A stretch of DNA of 64,000 bases from the human T2T-CHM13v2.0 reference genome, Homo sapiens (GCF_009914755.1 NC_060930.1), one strand, 5' to 3'. Shown: positions 15,227-33,459, numbered from the stretch's first letter. A program made the numbers and translations. Notes: generated from the sequence alone by a model not told the origin.

Positions 15227-16255
15227 ACAGATGCTAGGGGAAAAATAAAGCGAGGGGCAGAGGGAGAAGCATATGGAAGGGATGAAATGGGTGAGGTAGG
15301 TGAAGTTGTTATTTAACATATCTATGAATTAGCCATCTAGATGAGCAGGAGAGTGAATGAAGAGAGAAAATGAGATTGGTTTCTGAAAAGACTTATAAGA
15401 TTACTTGAAGTCAAAGGTCATAAATTTAAAGTGAAACCAATCATCACAGTTGTGATTTTTAAACTATGTTCCCCCCTGCAATAGGAAGCAAGTTGTAATT
15501 CAACCAGGGATGTTAATATAGTAATATACTAGGTATGTCCAACCAAGAAAGGCAGGACAAAAGATTTGAAAGTACATGCAATGGAATGATGACCAATTAA
15601 GTATAGATCAAAATCAAGTTAAAATATTATGAAAGTCAGGGTCCTGGAGGCAGTAAACTAGAACAGAAAGTATTGAGGTGTTTAATATTTTATAGATGGA
15701 GTGCAATTATTGGTTGTAACATAGCATTCAGTATGAACTTGGCAGTAAGAAGCTAATATGGAATGGAAGTCAAGATTATTAGAGTAAAAACTGTCAAAGA
15801 ATGAAGAGCGTTGGGTATTGAATGTATTATCTAAATGGATATTGAGGTCACCAAAAAAGTATGAGGTAATGTTGGGTAGGGTTGGATTTAAAAGCTAAAA
15901 TCTTCACACAATGAGGGGGACCAAGGGTACGCTCTTAGCTTGACTAACTCATGAATGGAGAGCAGTCTTTGAAAACTGAGGCATATACTACTGGAATGAA
16001 CTTCCAAGCAGTGAGTTTTTAGAAAGAAAGATAGTGAAGAAAGGAGCAAAGAGGAAATATCTATTCCAGTACCAATTCCACGACAATAGTAAGAGATAAA
16101 TCAGCTACCCCTTAAGACAGCTATAAGGAAAGCAGTGTTATTGGAGGGAATAGTTAGGTTTTATTTAGAGTAATACATTGAAACCATCTAGAGAAGAAAG
16201 GGCATAGAGAATTCTTTTATTGATCATTAGTTACAGAAGGCAAAGTGCATGGTTT

Positions 16256-16630
16256 TGAAACCAGCCCAATTGTTCCATAGAACTCTTATTTATGTTTTTT
16301 TGAATAAACATAGAAATGGACCCTCCCTGGTCCTAAAACTTGAAACTTACATTTGCCATACCTGAATTCCTCTCTCAGGCAAGGAGCTGAAAGTTATCAG
16401 ATAGCTGTATACAGGCAATGAGACACCAGACTCCTCATCCATCATGATTTCTTCCTTACCCCTCCTTAATTCCTGTTTTCCTGCCTTCCTTACTATATAA
16501 ACCCCTAATTTTAGTTGGTTCAGGGAGATGAACATAAGACGATTCTCATTGGCATTGGCTGAAGCACTGGAATAAAGGTTTCTTCCCTGGAAACAGGACA
16601 TGGACTGAGAACCCTGGCATTTCAGTGACA
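16256..16630 (+). mobile_element. MER39/MER34-family ERV1 solo LTR
   Basis: tgaaaccagcccaattgttccatagaac ... tgaca; TATA box and AATAAA inside; 4-bp TSD gttt. Confidence 0.8.
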
Positions 16631-17088
16631 GTTTGGTATGCTTAGCAAGGAGTGAAGAGAGGAGCCATGTGAGGATGTACAGACTCATTTGAGAATGAAG
16701 TACATGTGATGACCTGGAAGATATAGGTTGATTATCAATGTAAAGAGGAATAAAAAAGAATGAGAAACCAGTCCTAATGGTCATGGAGACGGGTTGCAGT
16801 AGTGAAGCTGTTTAAGTTGAGAAGGGAGGCAGCGGAGGTATGAGGATGTGAGGTTCTTATCAGGAATTGGCAGAATGCTGAAGCTTCTTCTTCCTTGTAG
16901 TTGACATAGTTCTGATAGCTGTGGGAAGGGCATGTTGCAGACAGCACAGAACACAGAGAACTCCTATCTTAGGAAATGATTCCAAGGTGCAGAATATACC
17001 TTTGTTATATGACTTTTGTTTACTCAGGTTCCAAGCAGAACAGGAATAGCACAGACCACCATGAACTAAAGGGGTATGTCCAAGTAAG

Positions 17089-20678
<3,590 letters not shown>

Positions 20679-20679
20679 C

Positions 20680-21357
20680 TTACTCTAGGGAGGATTTAGT
20701 CCCACTATTAGAGTTTGTTATTCTGGCATCTCTACTGAATTCACTGAGCTACAGATGAGGCTTCCCACCGTGACTAGTTAGTACTCCAAAGCACGCCAGC
20801 TCTGAGATATACTCAAGTCACAGCTCCTCAGTTGCTTTTGTGTCAGGCCTTTTTGAGATCTAACCCTTTGGCTTAGATGCACGTCTTTGTATTCAGCAAA
20901 ACCTCAAGACTCGCTCTTTGCCTAATTGCAAAGCTTGTTAACCTACACATGCATACTTCATATTTAGCAAAGACGCAAAGCTCTTCAAAGACCCTGATAC
21001 AAAGTTCTGGAACTTATCTGTAGAGCCATTTCATGTCTGTAACCTTGGCCAGCTATATCCATTCACCTCAGTGTCACTATCTACAATCTCTGTTACCTAG
21101 ATTCAGTGGGACCAACCTACTCCCCTTGGCCTCGCCATCTCTCTGGGGTGTGCTTTCAGGAATAAAGTCTGGGGCTATCGAAGGTTCACCTAGTATTTTT
21201 ATTTTTCTCTTTCCTCAAGGATCACAGTCACGCCATGCTTATTTTCCAATATCTACACCTATGGTTTCATATCTTTTGCCCAGATTACTTATTTTTGTTA
21301 CAACACAAAGGTAAATCTAGTTTCTGTTACTCCACCACGGCAAGAAGCAAAAATCTC
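20680..21357 (-). mobile_element. Ancient L1M 5'-end fragment
   Basis: ggatcacagtc, gtttcatatcttttgcccag, gttactccaccacggcaagaagc resemble L1ME-type 5' ends. Confidence 0.55.
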
Positions 21358-22721
21358 CTTTTAAAAACAAAGAAAACTAACACTAACACACACACGCAAA
21401 ACTAGAAGTCATTTCTAAATTATAGGACTTTTACCATGCCTAAAAACTGATCATGGCATACAAATGCATTGTCTCTGATTACCACTTGCCATGGTGAAAT
21501 GACCTCTCCATAATAGGGTCAGTAATTGAGATGAAAGGACTCCTTACAGAAAGCTTAATTAAAAACACAGAGAGGTATGTTCATTGGAGTAGGAGAGCAC
21601 TGACTTGGCATCTCCCAATCTTTTAGTTCCATTTTTTTGTCATGAAAAATGACAATTTTGTTCATGTGTAAACCCCGACTTTCATAGAAAATTGCATTCT
21701 TGTCTTTGGATACTGTAATAAATGATGTTAAATATACATATTTTTCAGATTGCTATTGAAATATTGATAATCAACTAATTTGTTCCCACTTTCTTGAATG
21801 CTACTGCATTTTGGGCTATATTCACATTTGTCAAGTACTTTTTAGCTCACCAGTAAACACTCTAGTTAAGAGATGAAATTATAAAAATACCTTCTAGGCT
21901 TTTCTGCTGCTTCTCTTTGTAGTTGTCCCTAGTTCCCTCTGAAACCTTCTTAATTGTACTGCAGAGTTTCAAGAACGTTTTTGTAATTTCTTACATAGTT
22001 AAAATGTCAGAAAACTCAAATGCAGTCATAATTTTTATTGACTAAGAAAGGCAAACTTACGAAATCCTGAAACTAATTATGCCTTTTCTATAGCCCTTGG
22101 GCATAAGATAGAATTCTGTCTTTTTGAGGGTCTTCATAGCCCTTTTATACCTTTTTTAGATAATTTTTTTTTTTTTACTATTTAGAGTCTTTGAGTATGC
22201 CCCAAATTAGCATCATCCGAGGATGATTTTTTAAAAAAATGCTATTAAAGTACAAATATAATCTTTGTGATTTTGTATCACCTTATGGAAAATAAAAACA
22301 AAAAATAGCATTATACAAAATAATATGATGGAAAATATTTTTATATACTGATATAAGTACTTTTTAATGTCTCCATGTATAGAAATGAAAAAAACTTGAT
22401 AGATCATCACTCATTTATAATATTTTATAGAAATCAGGTTTTTTTGACACAGATTATATTTAGCAGCAAAAACAATCCTCAGCAATAAATTAGATTTCAG
22501 ATTATTTATCTGCTGTTTTCTGACCAAATGTAACATTTAAATCTGTTCTGGTTAAAATTTTCTTTTTTCAGAATCTTCACCTTCTTCCCTTTACCCTGTT
22601 TTCTAAAGAAACAGTAAAAATGAATAATTGCAGTCTATATTCCTCAAGCCAGACAATCATGATACGTTTCAGGCATTTGCATTTAATGTCAGTTCTTGTC
22701 TAATTATGAACATAGTAAGCA

Positions 22722-23140
22722 CATGTGGCAGACTGCATTATTTGCCCCAATCCTTGATGTCTTTTGTACGTGATTTTGCAGTTACTTTCATTAAAGCAAG
22801 CTTGTCCAACCCACGCCTCATGGGCCGCATGCAACCCGGGAAGGCTTTGAATGCAGCCCAACACAAATTTGTAACTTTCTTAAAACATTATGAGATCTTT
22901 TTTGCAATTATTTTAAAGCTCATCAGCTATTGTTAGTGTTAGCGTACTTTATGTGTGGCCCAAGACAATTCTTCTTCTTCCAATGTGCCGTAGGGAAGCC
23001 AAAAGATTTGACACCCTGCGTTAAAGGATCACAACAGATTTTCCCACTCTTTGACTTTGGGTTCAGTCATATTACCTGCCTTTAGACAATGGGACAGAAT
23101 TACTGACATCCCAGTTCTCTGTCTGAGTCTGAAGTGTCTC
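22722..23140 (+). mobile_element. MLT1 (I/J-like) LTR fragment split by MER30
   Basis: tgtggcagactgcatt, gtgattttgcagtt, ctttgactttgggttcagtcat. Confidence 0.5.
22797..23018 (-). mobile_element. MER30 (hAT-Charlie MITE)
   Basis: caagcttgtccaac ... gggaagccaaaagatttgacaccctg; 8-bp TSD c(a/g)ttaaag. Confidence 0.92.
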
Positions 23141-23492
23141 CCATGTTTCTGTCTGCACTCTCAGGCATCCACTACCACTGAAGTGTACCTCAGCTAAGGG
23201 GCTGGAATTTGCACTCCTACTTCTGCTCTTTAAAAACCACTGCCAACACTGCTGTAGCTCCCTGATATGCAAAGGAGAACCCAGAATGGTGAGAATGCAG
23301 CTGGGAGCCAAAAGAACTGGAGTAAATTACCCACATTCTGAAATTCTTCTATGAGGAATTTTACACGAGGGTCCATATTGTATCTAACCACTTAAATTCA
23401 TCCATTTAAACTCACCCTCACCTTGCATAAATTTATCATATCTCTGCAAATCATGCCTATACCCAAAGTTTCCTTGATCAGTAAGCAAAGTA

Positions 23493-23553
23493 ATTTTATT
23501 TTATTTTATTTTATTTTATTTTATTTTATTTTATTTTATTTTATTTTATTTTT
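23493..23553. repeat. (TTTTA)n microsatellite
   Basis: About 12 perfect pentamer units. Confidence 0.97.
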
Positions 23554-25229
23554 GCCAGTCCGATAACAACTCCTTCTCTGACCTCTGGCTTATGTTTGCC
23601 TTGTTTCTTCTGATATCTACAATGAATCAACAATGAGTTCACAACACAAGGAAATAACTTGGCTCTGTCCAGAAAACATCAGGTGTCTGATTGACTGTGT
23701 CTATTATTGTTGGTTGTAGCTTTGTTGTTTCTTAGTTTAACAAGGTTTCTATGCCTAAATGCAAGTGGAACCAGAAAGAGATTAACTATGGATTGTTAAA
23801 AATAAAACTATTTTTGCTGTGGTTTCATAACAGTATGGCCTGAACATAATATAATGGTGAACAATATCACTACTCAAAGTGTCACTATTATTTGTCTGGA
23901 TAGCTAAATAACATTTAAGGAATGTCCATAACATTTTAGATTGAAATTTAGCAAATATTCTTTTTATACAGTGTAAAGTTAGCTATCACAATTTGCAGGT
24001 TGTTTCAATGGACATTTAATGAGTTGAAACCTTGAAGCACAATTAAAAATAAAAAACACTTGCCTCTCAACCTATAGCTGTTCTGCTGTATTGATCATTA
24101 ATAATTAAATACCATGTCACAAGCCACTCTTTCCAAGGAGGCACTTAATGGAAATAAAAAAAGGAAGCATCCAAATGCTAAAAAAGTCACATCTTTAATG
24201 TCAAGCTTGCAGTGACTCATCTTCCTTCTTGTGCCTGTGACCGTAGTCGGCAGAGCGTTCAAGGCAAAAGAACACTGATTTGCTTGTCAAGAGAAAGGTG
24301 AACGGAGTTGCAGATGTTTAGGATAACAATCAATATTTAGAGAGAAATGCTCCAGAGAAGAAAGTATCTTCCTATATCTCCTGTCCCAGCCGATCTCCAC
24401 CCCCTTGAACCCTCTCAGATGGTAGAAGAGCCAGTTCCTATTCTCTTGCATTAGCTTTAGAGAAGAGGTGCTCAAAAACACCAGGAGGCTTTTTTTTCAC
24501 CTCTCTATATCGCCAAAACACCAGGAGAAAGGTTTTCATTTTCTCATCACAGAGCTTCTCCCCAGTCCTGAACAGCAGGGCTCTGTGCAGAGATGAGATT
24601 TTTGTATTAAACTACTCGAATAGGAATTGTGTATTTTATAAGGAGGGCATACATTCATTGATTATGCATTCAAGTTGCAGTTTTAATAAAACAGTAAAGA
24701 TCCTTGCAGAGAACAGCACATTTAACTTGTTAGAAAATGTAAAAATTATTTCGAGGTTCCTCTGAGTCATTACTCTGAATCATACTCATCTTTTCTTTTG
24801 CCGCACAAGTTACAGTTTATGAAGTATTTGCATTAAAAATATTCATTCATCAATCTTCTAGCCTGTATGTTTGCCCAACTGAGGAATGCAAGTTGATCAC
24901 ATTACTGTGGAATAATGATGTGTCAGATTCTCCTTAAAATGAAACCATTTGTCATCTTTATGAATATGATAAATTATATTCTTGTTTTTAATCTAATCTT
25001 TGGGGAATTTCTAACAATTTTACCTTGATAATCTTGTTGTAATATTTTTCTAGAGGCAGTATTTAGCAGTGATTCTGGTTCAAGATTGTATTTTAATGTT
25101 ATTTATTCTTAAACAAGTATTTACCAAAGAGATGTAAGAAAAATTGATATATCATATGTTCACATATATGACTTTTCTTAGGGACAAATCACATTTGTCA
25201 TTTTCTATATTCATAGAGATTTGTGTAAC

Positions 25230-25420
25230 AATGATACTAATAGTTAACATTTATTAATGAGTTAAAATACTGTGCAATCTGCTACTTGTTTTAAAATAAT
25301 TTATATAATGTTGACAACCTTTGAGGTAGGTACTAATATTGTCAACATTTATCAGATGGAAAATAATCTCAGTGACTTTTTTCCCAAACTTTTGACAGCT
25401 ACTTAGTATCAGAGAGTCTA
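25230..25420 (-). mobile_element. MIR SINE
   Basis: aatagttaacatttatt, acaacctttgaggtaggtacta, cagatggaaaa. Confidence 0.65.
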
Positions 25421-25886
25421 TGTTCATTAATTCTAAAGAATTAGGAAGAAAACCAAATCCAGGTTAGAAGCCAACAAATAAGTGGAGAAAAGTTTAAAAT
25501 CCAGAGCTAAAACCAGAAAATGGCCAAAGCCAAGAAGGTAACTGAAGGCAGGATTATAAGGCCAAACAACTGAATTTAAGCTGGCCTATTTGTTTGCTGA
25601 AAGCTGCTTTTCAAGGACCAACCCAATGCCTTTCAAATTAATCTTGCAAGTTACTCAGAAATGCACACTTGTTTTTAACAATACAATCTCTAGCCATAGT
25701 CATACGTAGTAATTGTCCAAATAATTACATGTAAAGGTTATACTATATGGGTCCTTTTACAATGGTAACATGATTAAAATGGGGAACCCTTTAAAAAATT
25801 CAGGAATTTTCCTATAATAGAGATAGCCACTCTTACATGATAACAAAATTTGGGGTAACTAAATTGATGAAAAGGATATGATGATT

Positions 25887-26168
25887 GGCCGGGCGCAGTG
25901 GCTCACACCTGTAATCCCAGTACTTTGGGAGGCCAAGGTGGGTGGATCATGACATCAAGAGATAGAAACCATCCTAGCCAAAATGGTGAGACCCCGTGTC
26001 TACTAAAAATACAAAAATTAGCTGTGTGGTGGTGCGCACCTGTAGTCCCAGTTACTTGGGAGGCTGAGGCAGGAAAATCGCTTTAACCCAGGACACGGAG
26101 GTTGCAGTGAGTCGAGATCGCGCCATTATACTCCAGCCTGGTGACAGAGCGATACTCCATCTCAAAAA
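25887..26168 (+). mobile_element. AluSc-like
   Basis: tcaagagatagaaaccatcct and gcctggtgacaga diagnostics. Confidence 0.92.
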
Positions 26169-26959
26169 GCATCTACAAAGAGAAAAACAAAAGCCATATT
26201 AAGGTCAGGTGATCAGGGGCCAATTCCCAGGCATATTGCCACTTAGTCACTTTAAGCAAATTATTTCACCTCCTAGGGTCTTTGTTGTTTTTAACATTAA
26301 AATAAGAGCTGGTGATGATTTCTTTCACTTTAAATAATACATAATCTTCTAACTTTTTAAAATTAGTTTTTTAGATAGAAGATTGTCATACATTTTTTAT
26401 GATGTGTAGATAGATACCTAGTGACATGAGACTGCTGATCTAATCAATGGTAAATCTATACTGATTTAATCAAGAGACTGAAATTCTTGAATAAAAATTG
26501 ACCTAGGAAGTAAATATTCCCAAAGCAGCATTAATTCATTAGTAATAAGTAGTTCCATTTGATGGAAATGAGTTTAATAGTGATTGGAGGAAATGTGACT
26601 CTCCAAGGCAGTCTTTATATAAGACTGTAATATTTCACTGTTCTCTGGGAAAGCAATCTAGATGTCAACAATATATCTTTCCTTGAGTTACTTTCCTTTC
26701 TTTCTCATTCTTATTGCTTGCATAGCTCCCAGGTCCACCAAATTGTTGTCTCAAATTTGGATGTCCTTTCATCATGGAATTCAGAAGCCAGAAAACCTAG
26801 ATCTCTACTCCCGGTTGTCACTACACCTTTCAGGTTCTTGGTTTTCTTGATTTTAAAAGGACTTTGATACTTAAAATGCTTAATTCAGTGTGGACATAAA
26901 AAAATATGATCTGATGCATTATGTTAAAAAAAACAAAGTGTCTAAGCATTAACTTGTTA

Positions 26960-27450
26960 TTCATCATTCAGTTATCAAAATCGAACACTTACTGATTACT
27001 TACTATTTACAAGATACTGTGCGAAAAAAGAGCAATATGATTCCTGGTCATGGTGATCTCTCCATTAAATTAGAAAAACTAACTGCAGTTGAAATTCAGT
27101 GGGATAAATGCAAAAACAGAAATGGTAAAATGCCCAGCATAAACAACAACAACAAAAAATGTACTTAACTATTTTAGTGGGAAAGGGGTGTCTAAGGAAA
27201 ACTTTCTGAAAAAGCTAATTCTGAGTTGGAATTTGAAATAAAAAGATATTTTCCCAGGAGATAGGAGAGAAAAGACATTTGTGGAAAGGCAAGGACTGTG
27301 AAAAGCACAATTCAGGGATGTGCAATCATTTTCTCATTGCTGATGTTTCCAGGTTGATGGGAAGTGGCAGAGGATGAAAGTGTGAAGACTTTTTGCCTTG
27401 TAGGTGATAAAGACTCAATAGTTTTGATGCCTGTGTTATGATCTAATAAT
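26960..27450 (-). mobile_element. L2 3' fragment
   Basis: cattcagtt...cacttactga..tactat..caagatactgtgc; ctttctgaaaaagctaattctgagttgg. Confidence 0.55.
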
Positions 27451-28527
27451 ATGTTTTACAAAGGGATGTGGAATAAATACAATGGGTTATTTTTATTTTT
27501 CAACTCTTTATTCTTCCATTGCTTAATTTTGTACAACTTTTTATCAGCTACTTTTTACTCATTATCTTTGGTGTCTCAAGTCTACCTTCACTATTTCCTA
27601 CATTTTAGTTCACAGTTCAACCCCAAAAATCATCAATTCATATAAGGGAATGCCTATAGGCATTTTGTTCTTTATATCAGAAAGGAAGATAAATCAACTT
27701 TGAATCATGAATGTATCAACTTTGAAGACTTATTTACCTCTTACTATCTCCAATACACTGATCTGGATGCTGAGGTAATGAGAGGACTCATTTTTCAGAG
27801 AGGCTATTTAATAAAGAAATGTCAAAGTCAGTAGATAACTAGAGGCAGCACCTGGACATGGCACAGTGGAAGCACAGCACCTCAGCCACACATATGCCTG
27901 GCAGAGCATAAGCAATGCTTGGAAAAGGCAGGTTGGGTCTACAAGCAGATCAGTAAGTGGGTGAGCAGATGTGGACATAGAAGAGGAAGGGCAAACACAC
28001 CAAGCAGTGAAGACAGATTATATAATACTGTGCTTAAGTGTCTCGTGCAGATGTTTATATTTTGCTATGTTCTTCTCTCAGAGTTCAGAGAGATTTGTTT
28101 GGTATTCCTAGAATTTACTTCATCCATTCTTGAAAAAAAAAATAAAGAACCGAATTACTAATAGTGTCTACTGCTTAGCATTCAACCGCTATCAGATCAC
28201 ATTCTTCACCAAATCCGGACTGCAAACAAGGACAGTAATTTATGCAGTTATGTGAGATCAGGTGATTAAAAGTAGACCTTCTGCCTACACTGACTATAGT
28301 TCATCTTCTCTCTTCTAAAAGTAAACATGCATATCCCTAGACTGAAGAAGCAGATTTGGGCTATGTTACAAGGCAAGACATTAAATTCTTTCTGCATGTC
28401 ACTTTCTATTTATATTTCCAATATCTAGACCACTTCTAGAGTGTAAGACATGTAGAAAAGCAAGATAAGCTAACAATTTGAGTGTTCTTTGGTTTTGTTC
28501 TTGTTTACTAGAAAATATTTTCACTTT

Positions 28528-28995
28528 GCTTTTATTTTTAAACAGCTTTATTAAACCATAATTCACATACCATACAATTTGCTCATTTAAAGTACACTAG
28601 TCAGTGGTTTTTAGAGTATTCACATGTATGTGCAACACCATCGCCACAGTCAGTTCTATCAGCTATAAAAACTCATGTACCATTTTGCTATCACCACCCT
28701 CCCCTTCCATCACTAAACAGCCATTAATCACTTTCTATTTCTACAGATTCCTCTATTCTGTATTTTCATATGAATGGAATCGTTCAGTATGTGGAGTTTC
28801 ATAACCATTTCCAAGCTTTATCCAAGTTATAGCATTTACCAGTTTCTTTTCTTTTTATGACCAAATAATATTCCAGTGAATCACATTTGTTTATCCATTT
28901 GCCTGTTGATCAACATTTGGGTTGTTTCCACATTGTAGCTATTATGACTAATACTGCTATAAACTTTTATGTGCAAGTTTTTGTGTGGGCATTGA
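28528..28995 (-). mobile_element. L1MB-type 3' end
   Basis: aacagctttatt..ataattcacataccatacaatt..tcatttaaagt. Confidence 0.8.
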
Positions 28996-29169
28996 GTCTT
29001 CTATTTTTAAAATATTTCTTAAATGCAAAATAAAAACTCTTCCCTGCTTGGAAAGCAGTTTCGCAGCCTCTGTTTTTAAGTCTAACCATTTGCTATTTCA
29101 TTGTATCTCATGGGGCTCATCAAAGGTCCTTTTCTTTTATTCAGTCTTCTCCCTAAAGGATTTCTAGCA

Positions 29170-29430
29170 TATTGTTTATTTAATAAACATTTTCATGGTG
29201 CTTACTATGTGATAGATGCTGTGATAGATGTGATAGCTTTTCAACACATATGAATTTTTATAAAAATACTATGAATTAGGTGTTATTACCATTTTCATAT
29301 TACAGAGAAGGAAAATGAGTCCAAAGAAGGTAAGTAACTTATCCAACACCACAAATGGTAAGTGGTAACCTAAATTGAAACCTGAGTAGTATGGCTCCTG
29401 AGTCTCCACAGGGATCCATTATGTTAAGCA
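29170..29430 (-). mobile_element. MIR SINE
   Basis: tacagagaaggaaaatgag, aagtaacttatccaa, gtaagtggtaacc. Confidence 0.7.
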
Positions 29431-29454
29431 GAAATTCTCTAGTAGTGCTTTTTA

Positions 29455-30329
29455 AAAATAACTTTTTTATTTTGAAACAGTCTTTTATATTTTCAGAAAA
29501 AAAATGAGTTTTTAATACCTTACATCTGGTTTTCCCTTTTACGAACATCCTGGATTAGTTACATTTGCTATCACTAATTAACTGTGTTACATCATTATTA
29601 ACTCGTTTGTACTTTATCGAGATTTGCTTGGTTTTTACCTAATGTGCATTTCCTGTCAAGGATTCTATCCAGGATACCATGTTACATTTATCTGTCATTT
29701 CTGTTTAGATTCTTCTTAGCTGTGGCAATTTCTCAAACTTTGTTTGTTTTTGATGACTTTGAAAGTTTTGAGGAGAACTGGTAAGGCATTTTGTAGAATG
29801 TCCCTCAATTGAGATTTGTCTTATATTTTTCTCATGATTTGACTGCGGTTATAAGGTTTATGGAGGAAGACCACAGAGATTAAATGCCATTTTCATCACA
29901 TCATATCAAAGATAGTATCAACATAACTTATCATTATTAGTGTTAACCTTGACCACCTGGCTGAAGTAGTGTTTGTCAGATTTATCTACTGTGAAGTTAC
30001 TCTTTTTCCCCCTTTCTGTATTATATTATTTGAAAGGAAGTCAGTATGAAAAACTCAAACTAGAGGAGTTATGAGTCATGTACCACCTCCTTGGGGGTGA
30101 AATACTATTTAAACTACATGGAATTCTTCTGCATGTGACATTTGTCTCTTGTCACTTATGTTTTTATTCAATCACTTACTTAGAATAATATGGGCCAACG
30201 AATTTTGTTATAGTTTGTATTTTAATTTTAATTCCTTGTGATGTTGTTTATTTACTTTGTGGCTCAAATTGTTTCCACTTTATTAGGAACTCTCTCATGT
30301 GACTACTGTGTCCCCTTGATATACAACTA

Positions 30330-30370
<41 letters not shown>

Positions 30371-32150
30371 ATGTGTTTGAGCATGTTTTATTCTGTCACT
30401 ACAAGATGCGACAGGCTGCTCTTATGTATTTTCAACTGGCCCAAGAATCAGCCATTTCTCCAAGGAACCTTGGTTTCTTTTTCTAGAGAATGTTATTAGA
30501 AACCAAGCTATGATCTGAATATAAGGTGTGCTCATTTCTACTGGGTTGTTCTTTCATTTAGGTCCTCTCATCTGACAAAACAAGGAAATATATGTGCATA
30601 TATTAACCTGTATATATATATACCTATCTGTAAATATTTCTATATATAATCATCTGTATCTATGTTAAGCTAAATATGACTTCATAGTGAAGTCTACAAC
30701 TCTAATCTGTTACCATATGGATCATTATTCTTTCACTAATACCAGGCTGTCTCGATTATTCTGGCTCTATAAGAAGTTTTGAAATTAGATAGCATGAGTT
30801 CTCCAATCTTGGTTTTTTCTTCAGTATTGTCTTAGGTATTCTAAGTTTTTGCCTTTTCATATAAACTGTGGAATCACTTTATTAACACCTATTAAAAAGC
30901 TTATTGGGGAGTTTTATATAGATTGTGTTAACCCTTTGATCAATTTAAGGAATACTGCCATCTTAACGATATTAATCCTTTCGATAGAAAGCATGGGATG
31001 CCTTTCCATTTAATTCGATCTTTAATTGTTCTTAACAATTGTTTTGTAACTTTCAGTTTAACAGTCTTCAACTACTTTTATTAAATTTATTCCCAAGGAT
31101 TTTAGTTTTTTGATGTTGTAAATAAAATTGCATTCTTGATTTTATGTACAATTTTTTGATAGTATATGTAAATATAATTAATATTTTACATTGATCTTGG
31201 ATCCTGTAACATTGCCAAACTTGTTTATTCATTATAATAAATTTGATGGATTCCTTATAATTTTCTATATGCAAAACTACACCATCTACAAGCAGAGATC
31301 TTTTGTGTGTGTGTGTAATTTCCAATGTGGATGTCCTTTATTTCTTTCTCTCACTGAAGGCATCCAAATCAGAAAGTTGAGACAGATCATCAAATGCTCA
31401 GGTAACTTTAAACTCTGCCTTTGACTTCACTTTCTGCATATGCAGGGCTTTAAGAACATTCAGAGGTAACAGATTAGGGCCCATTTAGCTCCTTTCTGTG
31501 ATTACACACAGCCCTGCAGATATATGTAGCCCTTTAGATTCCCAGGAATATGTCAGGGCTTTTCAGAGCCTCCTATGGACATCTTTTCCTTTGATATTTT
31601 GATGGTTTTTGTTGGGCTTTTGTTTGCCTTATCTGCTATTATAATCTCAAGCAACCATGGTGCTAAACAATTGTCACTGATTGTTTTTAGCAAACATCTT
31701 GCATGTGGGAATGTCTTACAGTATGAATTCCAAATAATGTCAAATAGTGTAAGTATCCTTACAATTGGCCTCTTTCAGAACATTTCAAAAGCTGACAATG
31801 TTCTGGAAATTAGACTTTGTGAGGAGCTTCAACACCAGTCTACCTCCTCTATTGGTTGCAAGACTGCTAGTTTTCTCAGCTACTGTGGTTGTGAGCTGCT
31901 TATTTTCAAGTCTGCCAAAGCCTTGGCCAGAGCATAGTGGGAATAGATCAGGTTAAAAGGTTACAAAGCCCACTATTCTTACTAAGATTCAGCGTTATTT
32001 CTTGAATAACTGCTCCCAGAATGTTGCAAACATTCGATTAATTTTCAGAATTCTGTAAAACTTGATTTTACAATTTTGTTGGCTGCTGTTTTTATTGATT
32101 TTATGAAGGAGTAAATTTAAAGAGGTTCTCATTCTACCATTCCAGAGGTA
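29455..32150 (-). mobile_element. L1MC-type remnant: 3'UTR, ORF2 piece and 5'-end piece with large internal deletions
   Basis: 3'UTR motifs (atccaggatacca, ttttgtagaatgtccctcaatt); ORF2-like 30730-31340; 5'-end motifs (cttactaagattcagc, ttcttgaataactgctcc). Confidence 0.75.
30337..30369. repeat. (TG)n microsatellite
   Basis: About 16 TG units. Confidence 0.97.
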
Positions 32151-32329
32151 TTTTTAACTATTCTATTTTTAATATGTGTTTTCTTTCAGACACTGTGAAT
32201 AGGTTTCAGGAACAAGTAATTCAGTATTAATTTTGATATGCAATTTTAAAACATTGCTTAATAAAATTTCATCAAGAATATAGTCAAGGCTAACTTAATG
32301 ATGAGTATATCTCCTACTTCTCTTCTATT

Positions 32330-32640
32330 CAGCCATTTTATCGCAGCCATAGTAGTATTTTCACATTCTGTGAACATACCAGGCATGTTGCCACCTCAGC
32401 TTTTGCACTTGCTGTTTCCTCTGATATTTTAATAACTTACTCTCTCAACTACATTCAGTTATTGGCTTAAATGGCATGACTTCAAGGAGGCTTTCATGAC
32501 CACTAATCTAAAATAATACCCCCATGTCTATCTACCATCTTACACTGCTTTATTTTTTTCTTAGCACTAATTACTACCTAATATTTATCACAGTATCTCC
32601 AGAAACTAAAAGAATGTTTGTCACACAATAAGAAAGTAAC
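32330..32640 (+). mobile_element. L2a 3' fragment
   Basis: ccacctcagcttttgcacttgctgtttcctctg, ttcttagcacta. Confidence 0.65.
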
Positions 32641-33459
32641 AAAAAAGTGTTGGTTAGTTTCAGTATATGAAAGAAGATAACCAACACTGTTTCTTCAAAC
32701 TTGAATTGTACCACTTTGGCTAAAATCAGAGCAGTAATGAAAGTTTTATATTTTTTATTTATGGAATTCAAGCACACTCACTGACAGAAAATTTAAAAAA
32801 ATATAAAAATAAGGTAAAACATTTTTAAATAGAGAAAAAGCCACATCAGCTATTACCCTTCCTGCCAGACAAAACCAAGGTTAACATTCATGTATTTCCT
32901 TCAGATGTTTTTAAATATGCAAGCAATGGTAATAAGCTTGAAATTATAAAAACATCTAAATTATTCTACATATGGTTTTAATTTTTTTATCTAGAAATGA
33001 ATCTGCAAGTTGTCCATGTACAATCTATATTCTGGCATATAACTTAGTTCCATTTTCTCACAATTACATATAAAGCTTTGATAAGCATTGATGCACTGTT
33101 TTACATTAATAATGATAGACATATAATCATATCCTTAGTTTAGATTCTTAAACAGAATTTGAAGCAATGACAATTTTATATGGTACCTTAAGCTTATTAT
33201 CAAACTGTTTCCTAGAAATATAATACCAAATAACATTTCCAATAGCAGTGTATAAGACAGCCTGTCTTACTGCACTCTCCAAATATCTACTATTGAATTA
33301 TCACATTTATTCAATTTTTGCAATTTCCTGGAAGAAAACATTAAGTCCTATTTTAATTTTTTTACTTATTTTATCATTCATGAGAGTGAGCATTTCCTTT
33401 ACTTACTGATAATTTGTGTTTCTTGTCACATTACATACAATTTTTCTCTTATAGTTAGA

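Larger units (their letters stand above)
14695..17080 (-). mobile_element. L2 fragments interrupted by an Alu and an LTR
   Basis: L2 3'-end motif ctttatgccaggca...agtgaacaaaa followed by purine-rich diverged L2-like sequence. Confidence 0.5.
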
